From Tubiluchus corallicola (taxonomy: Eukaryota > Animalia > Priapulida): a stretch of DNA of 51,058 nt. How positions within the stretch are numbered: position 1 is the first letter of the stretch; the number at the start of each line of letters is the position of its first letter. The translations under genes and the position numbers were made by a program. Positions 1-12,600 of this stretch are shown in pieces. The stretch is taken from assembly GCA_030141605.1 (NCBI GenBank), contig JAQGDQ010001267.1:1-51058 (forward strand), written 5' to 3'. The notes below the pieces were generated by a model, which was given only the letters and a program-made list of their open reading frames with translations, was not told the origin of the DNA and searched no databases.

Positions 1-428
1 GTTTGATCAAGGAGCCAAGTACAGAAAGGCCTAATAACGATTTTTTTCATCCGACCTGAGTACATCATTACTACTACACTCAAGAAACTATTTTAGAAGT
101 TATTAAAATTTATATTACAAACCATATATTTCTACTTTCAGGACAGATAGTGGTAATTTCATTACAATGCATATTAGTAATGTGTATCACACAGTCTGTG
201 TAGTACAGTGAAATTAAGCTACAACCGTCTTGTAAGGGTTAATGGCATCCGATCTAGTAAAAAAATCTACCTGCACTATCTTTGGGATCGTGGCACGGAC
301 TTCAGCTGGATACACTCAATTAACCGCCCGGGCCGCACTTTCATTAGGTTGACAAATCTCTTCGCGGGCAGCACAAATTCTCTCTGCGGGCCGCAAGTGG
401 CCCGGGGGCTGCAATTTGCACACCCCTG
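1..428 (+). mobile_element. hAT-type MITE family A, copy 1 (cut by window start)
   Basis: Ends ...AATTTGCACACCCCTG; near-identical to 30419-30869 and 38592-39028. Confidence 0.9.
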
Positions 429-589
429 CCATATTTGCATTATGTGAATGTGAATGGATTCTTGCACAAGACAGATGTTTTTAATAAAGATCCATCCACA
501 AGTGTTAACAACCGAAAATCTAACACGTACAAAATCCGTCATGACAAACAAAACTTTCCAAACATCTAAAGCTTGTATCAAATCATAAC

Positions 590-1469
590 TAGAGGTGAGC
601 ATCGGACATTCAAATTCGACTCGAACGAGTTTTTTTTTAATTCGCATTCTATTCAAATCAAAAGTAACAGATTCGAATAATTCACCACTTCACCTTCACG
701 TACATTCTTTATCATTAAAATGTTTGAAACATCGTGCGATCAGCACCATCTAGTGCGCAATTTTGAAACAAACCACTAGTGTTTTTACTGTAAAACATAA
801 TCGTGGGACTGCTTTTTATTATTTTAATTAATCACTAGCAAAGACCCCGCAAAAAATTTTGCGTATAAATACACTCATCATCAATAATACGCGAACATCC
901 TACACAGTCCTCACTTACAACGCAAAGCCAGCCGCAGCAGCTGCCCACATCATCGTGTAGCCCTGTTTTTCCTCTTTCTAAAGAGCCGTATATCTCCTTC
1001 CGAGAGTCCCACCAGGCGCCAGTAGAATGTTTTATCCAGATGCTGTTTGAACAAAATTTCCAAAAAATCGAGAGGTGGGTACGGGAAAATGCCCATTAAG
1101 GGACGCCGTGGCCTTCTCGCTAATTCTAAATATGCCTATCACACCCACCGCTGAACGGGCTATCTATCCATGGCCAGCACCGCCCTCGGCCCGTTCCCGT
1201 TCTTCAGATCTCAGACGTATAACTTTTGCAAAAAACGGCCAAAAAATGGCCATAGATCGCCGCAAATGGTGCCGTCGTCGAAGCTGTAGCCTCGAATCTT
1301 ATATATATATATATATATTTAAAGCCCATACCAGTAGAATTAATATATACCATTTGAAAATTTATCCGAAAATTTAACTCGAATTCGATTGGGACTCAAA
1401 ACCTTGAAATTCGGTTTCACTCGTAAGTTAAGTAAAAAGTTGCTTTCTGCTACAGAATGTTCATCCCGA
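590..1469. mobile_element. Older, inverted copy of MITE family B, interrupted by a Helitron-like element
   Basis: tagaggtgagcatcgga at 590 and gctttctgctacagaatgttcatcc at about 1442-1466 match the two ends of 23386-23786 in reverse. Confidence 0.7.
835..1341 (-). mobile_element. Non-autonomous Helitron-like element, copy 1
   Basis: On the minus strand a hairpin (CGCAAAA..TTTTGCG, 848-863) lies 9 nt before terminal CTAG followed by T; homologous to 42313-43032; 5' end not resolved. Confidence 0.7.
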
Positions 1470-1536
1470 ACAGAAACTCGATCCTCAGAAATCCGGTCAT
1501 CTTTTGAATACGCGTAAAAAATCCGGAAATGCCTAC

Positions 1537-1656
1537 CTTGTAATCTGCTTTTGGCAGGTCAACACCGGGAAACAGATCGGAGATGATGCCCTCAAATAAC
1601 GGAATGTCGTGAGAGAGAAACTTCGGCAAGTTCACGTCTAATATGGAGCGTAGCAG
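1537..1656 (-). CDS. DNAH12: Dynein heavy chain exon 15 of window (gene continues past position 1)
   Basis: [40 protein letters not shown]; 120 nt, cag/gtaggc. Confidence 0.96.
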
Positions 1657-1789
1657 CTGAAATGATTTTTGGCAATTTGCCAAGACCGCAAATATCAAAA
1701 AGCAGAAGGAAGAACCATTTCTAATCTCGTTGTTAAACACGATTGAAGACATGCTAGCAAGTTAAACAGATAAAGAAAGAAGTGTTAAG

Positions 1790-2755
1790 CTAAGGCAAGC
1801 AAAGGCAAGGCAAGGCAACACAAGGCAAAGGGATACGAAACGGTAAGGCAATACAAGAAAGGAAGACAATGAGCAACACGGTAAGGCAAGACAAGACCAT
1901 GCAAGACAAGAAAAGGCAAGGCAAGGCAAGGCAAGGCAGGTGAGGCAAGACAAGGCAGATGAGGCAAGACAAGACATATCAAGGCAAGATAAGGCAAGGC
2001 AAGTCAAGTCAAGGCAAGGCAAGTCAAGTCAAGGCAAGTCAAGTCAAGGCAAGGCAAGACAAGGCAAGGCAAGGCAAGTCAAGTCAAGTCAAGGCAAGGC
2101 AAGACAAGGCAAGGCAAGGCAAGGCAAGACAAGACAGACAAGGCAATGCAAGACAAGGCAAGGCAAGGCAAGGCAAGGCAAGGCAAGGCAGGTGAGGCAA
2201 GACAAGGCAGATGAGGCAAGACAAGACATATCAAGGCAAGATAAGGCAAGGCAAGTCAAGTCAAGGCAAGGCAAGTCAAGTCAAGGCAAGTCAAGTCAAG
2301 GCAAGGCAAGACAAGGCAAGGCAAGGCAAGGCAAGTCAAGTCAAGGCAAGGCAAGACAAGGCAAGGCAAGGCAAGGCAAGACAAGACAGACAAGGCAATG
2401 CAAGACAAGGCAAGGCAAGGCAAGGCAAGGCAAGGCAAGGCAAGTCAAGACAAGGCAAGGCAAGACAAGGCAAGGCAAGATAAGGCAAGGCAAGTCAAGT
2501 CAAGGCAAGGCAAGTCAAGTCAAGGCAAGTCAAGTCAAGGCAAGGCAAGACAAGGCAAGGCAAGGCAAGGCAAGGCAAGGCAAGGCAAGTCAAGTCAAGT
2601 CAAGGCAAGGCAAGGCAAGGCAAGACAAGGCAAGGCAAGACAAGACAGACAAGGCAATGCAAGACAAGGCAAGGCAAGGCAGGTGAGGCAAGGCAAGACA
2701 AGACAAGACAAGGCAGGAAAGGAAAGGCAAGACAAGACAAGAAAAGGCAAGACAC
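1790..2755. repeat. (AGGCA/AGTCA/AGACA)n pentamer microsatellite with a higher-order duplication of about 250 bp
   Basis: Marker aggtgaggcaagacaaggcagatgagg at 1938 and 2190. Confidence 0.95.
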
Positions 2756-2979
2756 GGTAAGAACAAGGTAAACAGCTGGGCGTAGTACAAAAGAAGAAAA
2801 TTTCCAGAAGCAATTTTCTTAGTGTTCACCCACCCATTTACTGAACAAGCTCAACATTGGTCACTAAAGTAGTTAACATCCTTGCTCGACTAAATCCCTT
2901 GACCTACAAATGATACATTGCCAAACGAATACTCGTAATCCTTTACAGGTGAGATTTTTACAGTTTTAATCAAACCTAC

Positions 2980-3103
2980 CAAGATGTCTTCATTTTCATC
3001 GGGAAATTTCAGTTTGAGGTTACCGGCTGCAGCGAGCACGGCTTTCACAGCTCTCATGCCGTAATCGTAGTGGAACTGAGATGACAGCTGTTCTGAACAC
3101 AGC
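2980..3103 (-). CDS. DNAH12: Dynein heavy chain exon 14 of window; AAA1 sensor II
   Basis: (R)[41 protein letters not shown]; [17 protein letters not shown] agrees with DNAH12 as I recall it; 124 nt. Confidence 0.96.
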
Positions 3104-3240
3104 CTACAGAGAAAAGGAGAAGACATATGTATTCTGTGCAGAGCTAAACAATTGCAAGTACAATAAAAAAAGTTCTTGGTCACACGGCAGAACAAAATCT
3201 TCTCTGTTCAGATTCTTAAAATGAGCTTTTCTAATGCTAA

Positions 3241-3698
3241 CCCTTTCATACCCGTTATATCCTGTGGGATACAGGAATTTTCTCTGCCTTTAAAATTAAT
3301 AAAATTTTAAAACTGACAGTTATTTGATCTGTTAATAGTTATTTTGATTTAAGCCAATACCAATAGACTAAAAATAGTGATAAAATGGCAAACTAGAAAA
3401 TCTACATGGCATAAAAAACTGCGCAAGGTACAGTACTTTAGAGACGACTTTGTACAGATCAGCATAGCATGCATACTAAATGTCTTAAATACTTTAAAAA
3501 ATTATCAGCAGTTGCAAAATGAAGCACATTTTATGCTTCCATTGAATCCCAATGTATCCCGTGGGATACAGGCTATATTTGGCACGCGGGCACAGGTAGA
3601 AAAAAATTATTATGTGTGTAAACAAGATGGACATACTGAACAAAAGTACCAAGCCAAAAATTTTTTTCTTATTAAAAAATAATTTGGGACTGAAAGGG
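3241..3698. mobile_element. piggyBac-like MITE
   Basis: ctaa|CCCTTTCA...TGAAAGGG|ttaa; orphan GTGAAAGGG|ttaa ends also near 4125 and 4296. Confidence 0.7.
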
Positions 3699-4325
3699 TT
3701 AAAGTAATACCATGAGACAGACATTAAAACGAGCAAGAGACGACATCTTAGAATATGTGTTTTAGACGGTATGTGAAATATAACTGATGTAATCGTAATT
3801 GGTTGATCATACTTTTAACAACACATGTACACACAGCAGTGTGCGTTGCGTTGTGAATGCGTGTTGTGGTTTGGTATAACATTATTGTAATGACTGGCTT
3901 GGGACGAATCATTATTGAGAGAGGTAGGGGGTGACAGGTTGTGGTTTAGAATGATGGGTAGAGGGTACGCGCTTCTGATAACGACAAATGGACTCGAATA
4001 AATCTATTTCTAAGAAGATTGGTGCTACAATATGTCTGAATAGGGTGGTGCTGTAACACACCACGAGAAGTTATTGTCAAATTTGCAAACGTCAAAGTGG
4101 CCCAGGTGAAATGCAACTACGTAGTGAAAGGGTTAATAACAGTTGTTTGCAATGTAAGTTCTTAAAACTTTGGTACACTCAATTCAGTGGACTTATCATC
4201 AATACAGCTAACAATTTGCCAGCCCTGTATATCCCCGTATTTGAGCCAGACTGTGATAGGTTGCATTGTTGCACAGTTAAAAAGCAACAATGCAGTGAAA
4301 GGGTTAAGCAGAAACATCACCGTAC

Positions 4326-4594
4326 CTATAAGTGGTCACAATTTTCACTGACAAGTTTCTCGCGTCGATGAAGCCATACGAGTACAAGGATATCTCTCCG
4401 ATCATCGCGTAATCCGGCACCATCATGGCCACGGTGCGGAACAGGACCTTCAGGTTATCCGGTAGCTCGGAACGTCCGGCGTAACCCGGATTCATCGTTA
4501 TGCAAACGTAACAGTTCGGATTTAGTTTGAGCTCCGTGCCTTCGAACATGAAAATGTCTAAGTTGCCTTGGACTGCTCTTATTATACACAGTAT
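4326..4594 (-). CDS. DNAH12: Dynein heavy chain exon 13 of window; AAA1 sensor I
   Basis: [62 protein letters not shown]...KIVTTY(R); 269 nt. Confidence 0.97.
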
Positions 4595-4988
4595 CTAAAA
4601 ATAAGAACAAAAAAGTACAAATATAAGATAAATTAAAATATCTTAAAATTTTAAAGATAGCAAAATGGACATAATGATTTCACTCAGAAACAATTGTGAG
4701 GTATTTTCAATGAGTTGCTGAGTAGTTCATAAATTTGTCATGGTTTTTGGTTTTTGATTTTTGTTTTTTTTGCTGTTGTTGTATTTTTGTTTTTGTATTT
4801 CTGCACGTTTATGTATTCTTTAATATAGTTGTGTTCTGCTGTCATTAGCGTCTTTTTGTTTACTGTATTTTTGAGAAGGGTTGATGACTCGATAATCTTC
4901 GGTTTTTCGCCACCCTTTCTCCCATGTTCGTTTGTATTTTTGTGTATTTTATTGTCAAATCATTGTATAATTATGGAGGAAAATAAAA

Positions 4989-5397
4989 TTACTATTACTG
5001 TTACTGTTACTGTTACTGTTACTGTTACTGTTACTGTTACTGTTACTGTTACTGTTACTGTTACTGTTACTGTTACTGTTACTGTTACTATTACTATTAC
5101 TATTACTATTACTATTACTATTACTATTACTAATACTAATACTAATACTAATACTAATACTAATACTAATACTAATACTAATACTAATACTAATACTATT
5201 ACTATTACTATTACTATTACTATTACTATTACTATTACTATTACTATTACTATTACTATTACTATTACTATTACTATTACTATTACAATTACAATTACTA
5301 TTACTATTACTATTACTATTACTATTACTATTACTATTACTATTACTATTACTATTACTATTACTATTACTATTACTATTACTATTACTATTACTAT
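4989..5397. repeat. Compound hexamer microsatellite (TTACTG)n(TTACTA)n(ATACTA)n(TTACTA)n
   Basis: Direct reading. Confidence 0.97.
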
Positions 5398-5489
5398 TTA
5401 ATACAAACTTGAAATAATAGCCTCGCATTTTAGATAATAGACTTAGAAACGAGTAAAATGTTACTATTACTAAATATTTAACGTGGTGC

Positions 5490-5815
5490 TTGGCTGTTGT
5501 GCGCTTGTACACACGTCTGAGACAACACGTGTGCATTGCTAGCGTCTGCTGCTAGGTAGAGAAAGTGCTGTTGCTCACACAGTTTGTTGACAGTTGTTAC
5601 GTGTTTAAAAACAGTGTACCGGCATTTTGTTGAACTGTGGCAATTTAAACTATTCCTAAGCAAAATATTTTTTTGTTTGGGATTTTATGAAGTTCATGTA
5701 TAAATTTTCGAATGTTTCTTCATTTAAACTTAATAAAAGTTTGATTACAATTACGTCTGATTGTTTTGTTTTACACGGTATTAAAAGAATGACTAAAAAT
5801 TTTCTGAAGCAGCAT
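5490..5815. repeat. Unclassified dispersed repeat; inverted copy at about 15150-15490
   Basis: gtctgctgctaggtagagaaagt...ctcacacagtttgtt matches 15385-15432 in reverse. Confidence 0.75.
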
Positions 5816-6377
5816 CCCCACTGTTAAGTTCAGTTTCTGGGCTTCACATGTAGGTGGCAGCACCTATGTAAACTTACCTGTAATTTTACCTGTGAAATTG
5901 TAAATTAGGTTGAGCCTCACTAAACACGCTTACAGAAGCCTCAGCAAACGTTAAATAATGTTTAGATAAATTTTCAAGTAATTATTTGTAGCGTCTTTAC
6001 CTGATTTGCTGTAAACCAGTATGACGTTCCAAGGATGTATTAAGTTGTTATAGCCGCACGATGAGAGTTATATTTACTTTTATTGTCTTAAATTATAATA
6101 ATGAGATCATTATACATTTGTAAGCAGTGAAAGCAGTCTAATTTATTATTTTCATTTTTTATATACAGAAATAAAGATTTCTGAGAACACCATATGCTAT
6201 GAAGGAAATTCTTTTGTGTTCCCGTCACATTCACTAATTTTAACTACGAGCAGCCGATGGAAATAAACAAACTTTGATTTCATCTGATTTTAAATATTCC
6301 AGCTTAAAATAACTCAGTAGACCATGTCCACTCTACGTGTTATTTAGCCAAAATGTATAAAAATTCAGCTTGTAAAG

Positions 6378-6803
6378 CAGGGGTGTGCAAATTGTCTGAC
6401 CAGCCGGGCCACATTAAACTTTCCCGCAATTTCTGTGGGCCACAGGCAGTTTGATCAAGGAGCCAAGTACAGTAGTACCTAATAGCGATTTTTTTTGCAT
6501 CCAATTTGCGCACATCATTACTGCTACACTCAAGAAACTATTTTAGAAGTTATTAAAGTTTATATTAAAAACCACATATTTAGTCATGTCCGACAGTGAC
6601 ATAAAGTGACAACGGTCTTGTAAGGGTTAATGCCATCCGATCTAGAGGAAAAAACTACCCGCACTATCTTTGCGACATTGGTGCAGACTTCAGCTGGATC
6701 GCGTGGGCCGCACTTTCATTACGTTGACAAACCTCTTCGCGGGCCGCACAAGATCTCTCGGTGGGCCGCAAGTGGTCTGCGGGCCGCAGTTTGCACACCC
6801 CTG
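6378..6803 (+). mobile_element. hAT-type MITE family A, copy 2
   Basis: TIRs CAGGGGTGTGCAAA...TTTGCACACCCCTG; 8-bp TSD ttgtaaag/ttttaaag. Confidence 0.92.
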
Positions 6804-6944
6804 TTTTAAAGTATACCTCGTAGTAAAAACGTACATTTCTAAACGAAACACAATTAGCAGAGAAGACAATCTCTTAAAGCGACCTAACAAAATAACAGGT
6901 AATGATTGCATGCAAGCTAAGAAAGAGTTAAAGAAAGTAAATAC

Positions 6945-7037
6945 CTGTTGTGCGACCACGGACAAGACCTCCAGCTCAATGCGGTTGAACTCGTCAAAAC
7001 ACGCCCACGCGCCGGACGATGCGAGACCCTTGAAAAA
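6945..7037 (-). CDS. DNAH12: Dynein heavy chain exon 12 of window; AAA1 Walker B
   Basis: [31 protein letters not shown]; 93 nt, cag/gtattt. Confidence 0.97.
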
Positions 7038-7149
7038 CTGAAAAACGCCAACAAATCAAAATCCTTTTTCTCCATTTTAGTCAAACTCTAAAAAATAAGC
7101 TTAAGTTGAATTAAATTAATCAGGAATACAGAATTAATGTTAATTAAAA

Positions 7150-8938
7150 TACTTACTAAAATAAAACATTTGTCAACATTAGACTTGTTAATTAAAATCA
7201 AGCATTTGTCAACATCATAGGGTTACTAATTAAAATGAAACACTTGACAACATCAGATTTGCTAACTAGAATCAAACGTCTGTCAACTTTCTTTTCTAAC
7301 TAAAATCAAACGTTTGTCAACATCATAGGGTTACTAATTAAAATGAAACACTTGACAACGTCAGATTTGCTAACTAGAATCAAACGTCTGTCAACTATTT
7401 TTCCTAACTAAAATCAAACGTTTGTCAACATCATAGGGTTACTAATTAAAATGAAACACTTGACAACGTCAGATTTGCTAACTAGAATCAAACGTCTGTC
7501 AACTATTTTTCCTAACTAAAATCAAACGTTTGTCAACATCATAGGGTTACTAATTAAAATGAAACACTTGACAACGTCAGATTTGCTAACTAGAATCAAA
7601 CGTCTGTCAACTATTTTTCCTAACTAAAATCAAACGTTTGTCAACATCATAGGGTTACTAATTAAAATGAAACACTTGACAACGTCAGATTTGCTAACTA
7701 GAATCAAACGTCTGTCAACTATTTTTCCTAACTAAAATCAAACGTTTGTCAACATCATAGGGTTACTAATTAAAATGAAACACTTGACAACGTCAGATTT
7801 GTTAACTAGAATCAAACGTCTGTCAACTTTTTTCTAACTAAAATCAAACGTTTGTCCAACATCATAGGGTTACTAATTAAAATGAAACACTTGACAACGT
7901 CAGATTTGCTAACTAGAATCAAACGTCTGTCAACTTTTTTTCCTAACTAAAATCAAACGTTTGTCAACATCATAGGGTTACTAATTAAAATGAAACACTT
8001 GACAACATCAGATTTGTTAACTAGAATCAAACGTCTGTCAACTTTTTTTTCTAACTAAAATCAAACGTTTGTCAACATCATAGGGTTACTAATTAAAATG
8101 AAACACTTGACAACATCAGATTTGTTAACTAGAATCAAACGTCTGTCAACTTTTTTTCTAACTAAAATCAAACGTTTGTCAACATCATAGGGTTACTAAT
8201 TAAAATGAAACACTTGACAACATCAGATTTGTTAACTAGAATCAAACGTCTGTCAACTTTTTTTCTAACTAAAATCAAACGTTTGTCAACATCATAGGGT
8301 TACTAATTAAAATGAAACAATTGACAACGTCAGATTTGTTAACTAAAATCAAACGTCTGTCAACTTTTTTGTCTAACTAAAATCAAACGTTTGTCAACAT
8401 CATAGGCTTACTAACTAAAATAAAACATTTGCCAACATTAGATTCGTTAACAAATATCAAACGTCTGTCAACTTTTTTTCTAACTAAAATCAAACGTTTG
8501 TCAACATCATAGGCTTACTAATTAAAATGAAACACTTGACAACATCAGATTTGTTAACTAGAATCAAACGTCTGTCAACTTTTTTTCCTAACTAAAATCA
8601 AACGTTTGTCAACACTATAGGCTTACTAACTAAAATGAAACACTTGACAACATCAGATTTGTTAACTAGAATCAAACGTCTGTCAACTTTCTTTTCTAAC
8701 TAAAATCAAACGTTTGTCAACATCATACGGTTACTAACTAAAATGAAACACTTGACAACATCAGATTTGCTAACTAGAATCAAACGTCTGTCAACTTTTT
8801 TTCCAACTAAAATCAAACGTTTGTCAACATCATACGGTTACTAATTAAAATGAAACACTTGACAACATCAGATTTGTTAACTAGAATCAAACGTCTGTCA
8901 ACTTTTTTTTTGTAACTAAAGTCAAACGTTTGTCAACA
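7150..8938. repeat. 108-bp satellite, about 16 copies, built from three related subunits
   Basis: catcatagg recurs at 7213, 7321, 7429; subunits of 38+36+34 bp share g(t/a)caac...aa(c/t)ta.aat.aaac. Confidence 0.97.
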
Positions 8939-8951
8939 GTAGTTCTCTCAC

Positions 8952-9147
8952 CTTTCCCATAGCTAAGTAATCCAAGCCATCGGAACAGTTAAACACGACA
9001 CACTGCACAGCCAGAGCCTTGGCCAAATCTTTTGTCGTTTCTGTCTTCCCGGTTCCCGCTGGTCCCTCGGGAGCCCCATTCAAATGCAGATGAAAAGCGC
9101 CAATCAGGGTGCGGTAACAACGATCCGTTAGTGGCGTGATGACCAAA
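8952..9147 (-). CDS. DNAH12: Dynein heavy chain exon 11 of window; AAA1 Walker A
   Basis: (R)[65 protein letters not shown]; P-loop GPAGTGKT; 196 nt. Confidence 0.97.
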
Positions 9148-9172
9148 CTACGACGTAAAAACAATGGATATA

Positions 9173-9573
9173 CCGTATTTTCCCATCAGAGACCCTTTTT
9201 TGCTCAGAATTTTCACTTTAAAAATAGGGGGTCTCTTATACATGGGAGTAAGCCAACCCTTGGAGAAGTCTGCAGCTGGGTCCTCAAGGCATGGAATGGT
9301 GTAAAGCCAGAGGTCATTATTAAATCTTTCAAGAAGTGGACGGCACAGAGGACAATGCCATTTTTGAGCAGAGTGACTCCTCTGATGATGAACTGGCTGG
9401 AATTGCTGAAGGTCTGACTCCAGTTGATATTTTTGATGAGAGTGATGAGGAATTTAATGATTTCTATGATGAATAAAGTTATTCATTACCAAAAAACTAT
9501 TTTCCAGAATTTTTGCCTAAAAATTGAAGGGGTCTCTTATACACAAGGGTCTCTTATACATGGGAAAATACGG
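9173..9573 (+). mobile_element. pogo/Tigger-type internally deleted transposon
   Basis: ta|CCGTATTTTCCCAT...ATGGGAAAATACGG|ta; internal transposase C-terminal remnant VCSWVLKAWNGVKPEVIIKSFKK followed by an acidic tail. Confidence 0.88.
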
Positions 9574-10108
9574 TAAATGTAATATAATTTTAAGCACAAG
9601 TAAAAAACAAAAAATACCAAGGTAACATTACAATCCAGTAAAAGATGCATCATCTGACCTTTGACCTTTTCACCTTAGAAGTTGAGGAGCACATTAAAAG
9701 TAATCACCTAGTCGAAACTGGTTAGTCGTTTGCTTATAATTATGATCATTTGTTTTTAGATGTTTGACAATCTAAAACTCAATGCTTTGCCATTTTGTCT
9801 TTTTTTGACTGAAAAGCATATAGCTTTTCTAATGCATGTTAAAAACAACCCACCAACTAAATTTTTGGGGTCTAAAAAATCGTTTCACAATTTCAAGAAT
9901 GTACTGCAAATACAGTATAAAGGTTATTTCAATCAAAGGTGCTATAACATACTAATTAAGTGCCTATCAAACTTTCACTGCTTTAACCAAATCACCCACG
10001 CTTGAGTACAGTTATCAGCAGACCTGAACAAAAGCGCCAACTCTTAAAATTTCATTATATATCCATGAGACAAACTGACAGCGAAGAGGGACTTGAATGA
10101 TGATACGT

Positions 10109-10504
10109 CAGGGGTGTGCAAACTGCGGCCCACGGGCCACTTGCGGCCCAACGAGAGATCTTGTGCGAAGAGGTTTGTCAACGTAATGAAAGTGCGACCC
10201 ACGATCCAGCTGATAGTGCGCGGGTAGTTTTTTCCTCTAGATCGGATGGCATTAATCTTTACAAGACCGTTGTCACTTAATGTCACTGTCGGACATGACG
10301 AAATATATGGCTTTTAATATAAATTTTAATAACGTCTAAAATAGTTTCTTGAGTGTAGTAGTAATGATGTACGCAGGTCGGATGCAAAAAAAATCGTTAT
10401 TAGGTACTACTGTACTTGGCTCCTTGATCAAACTGCATGTGGCCTGCAGGAATTGCGGGAAAGTTTAATGTGGCCTGGCTACTCAGATAATTTGCACATC
10501 CCTG
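10109..10504 (-). mobile_element. hAT-type MITE family A, copy 3 (inverted)
   Basis: Reverse complement of copy 2; decayed TSD tgatacgt/tactacgc. Confidence 0.9.
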
Positions 10505-10565
10505 TACTACGCTGGCAACACTAACTGATTCAATAAATGTTTTGTTCTTCATACAAAAAGATGTG

Positions 10566-11164
10566 CACTCGTATCTCGGTTTGCCGGACAAAAGCGGGGA
10601 GACGTCGTTCCGAATTTGCTGATTGTCTGTATTTACCGATACTAAGCTAATACAGGAGCCATGTATTAGACTTACGGTAATGTAGAATCAGTCGCCTAGT
10701 TTCTGAAAAACTTCTAGTGCAGGCCACTCCTGCGCAAAAGTATATAAAAACTTGATTCTATATTTTTATACAAAGAGATATACACGTGGTTACACTGATG
10801 TAAGTGAAGTAAACAAAGTGACGGCCTGCGTAGGCCCCCATGGGGGTTCAAGGGGGCAACCCCAGTGCCTAAGTACTGACCACTCCTATGCAAAAGTATA
10901 TAAAAACTGTCTGCAATTGACTCAAATAACTCCGCACAATTGACTCTAAACCACTTACACACGCTGATTAAACTACTAAACACGCTGACAAACAACCTAC
11001 AGACGCGTCGTGTTACATGCTGTTTGGATGTAAACAAAGTGATGGCCCGCCAACTAGCCATCAGCTTGCGAAACAACGGACTGTGTCCGTATCATGCAGG
11101 ACTTTTAACGGTCCAAATTTTGTCCGATTCTTCTGATATCTGCAAAAGCGAGGTCCGGCGAACC
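10566..11164. mobile_element. MITE family C, inverted unexpanded copy
   Basis: cactcgtatctcggtttgccggac matches the 17278 end in reverse; the other end is truncated at ...gtccggcgaacc. Confidence 0.8.
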
Positions 11165-11263
11165 TCACTAACAAACACAGATTATTATGAAATAACAGCA
11201 AAAGTATGACCTCAAGTATACATAAACTCAAACTTGCAGAAGAAGTAACTCAATGGTACGTAC

Positions 11264-11393
11264 CGTCCAGAATTGCCCAAGTACTCGTACGCGTATTTGA
11301 CCGTCGCGTTAATCAGTCTCACTTTGCAATCGCTGTCCTCCCAGTAATACCTCAGCTGAGCCAACCACTGGAAGTCGTTCTCGGAGGTGACCC
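11264..11393 (-). CDS. DNAH12: Dynein heavy chain exon 10 of window
   Basis: (G)[42 protein letters not shown](R); FxWxxQLRYYW and YEYLG motifs; 130 nt. Confidence 0.96.
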
Positions 11394-11645
11394 CTGCAAG
11401 ACGTGAGGTAACTGACCAATGTCCAAATGTTCAAGTACAAGACTAGCGAAAATGATAACTGAACGTAATACTGGAATTGCATATTCTGTCTGAAAGCAAC
11501 TTCCGTGTGCTTACAGAATGTACAACCCGCATCTGATTTTTTGTTTTAAAAAAAGACATGAACAAGTTCTTGCAGTTGTTCGTTTACTTAATACCAGCAA
11601 ACACCATTTCTAATTAAGACATTAATAATTAATAGATTAAAAATT

Positions 11646-11648
<3 letters not shown>

Positions 11649-11700
<52 letters not shown>

Positions 11701-12598
11701 GGAGAAAGAGAAGGAGAAGACTGAAAGAGAAAGTGTGTGTGTGAGAGAGAAAAAGACGGACAAACTAAATGAAAAAATTAAGAGAGAGAGAGAGAGAGAG
11801 AGAAGGGGGGTGGAGAGAGAAGGAGTGAGAGAAAGAGTGTCGAAGAGAAAGGGGGAAAAAGAGACAGAGAGAGAGAGAGAGTGAGTGAGCATGAAAGAAA
11901 CAATTGAGAGAGAGAGAGTTAAATAACAATAACAATAACAATAACAATAACAATAACAATAACAATAACAATAACAATAACAATAACAATAACAATAACA
12001 ATAACAATAACAATAACAATAACAATAACAATAACAATAACAATAACAATAACAATAACAATAACAATAACAATAACAATAACAATAACAATAACAATAA
12101 CAATAACAATAACAATAACAATAACAATAACAATAACAATAACAATAACAATAACAATATCAATAACAATAACAATAACAATAACAATAACAATAAGCTG
12201 TAGTACTGTACTAGCAACAGTACTGGCAGCAGCAACAGTAGTGGCAGCAGCAACAGTAACAACAGCAACACTAGTGGCAGCAGCAACAGCAGTGGCAGCA
12301 GCAACAGTAGTAACAACAGTAGTAGCAGCAGCAACAGTAGTGGCAGCAGCAACAGTAGTAGCAGCAGCAACAGTAGTAGCAGCAGCAACAGTAGCGGCAG
12401 CAGCAACAGCAGTGGCAGAAGCAACAGTAGTAGCAGAAGCAACAGTAGTCGCAGAAGCAACAGTAGTGGCAGAAGCAACACTAGTGGCAGCAGCAACAGT
12501 AGAAACAGCAGCAACAGCAGTGGCAGCAGCAACAGTAGAAGCAGCAGCAGTAGTAACAGAAGCAACACTAGTGGCAGCAGCAACAGCAACAGAAACAA
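11649..12598. repeat. Compound simple repeats: AG-rich, (AACAAT)n, degenerate (GCA/ACA/GTA)n
   Basis: Direct reading; ends within the donor region of exon 12601-12877. Confidence 0.95.
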
Positions 12599-12600
12599 AC

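Noticed and set aside
1762-2829. ORFs rich in ARQGK or CLALP
   Set aside because: Translations of the pentamer microsatellite.
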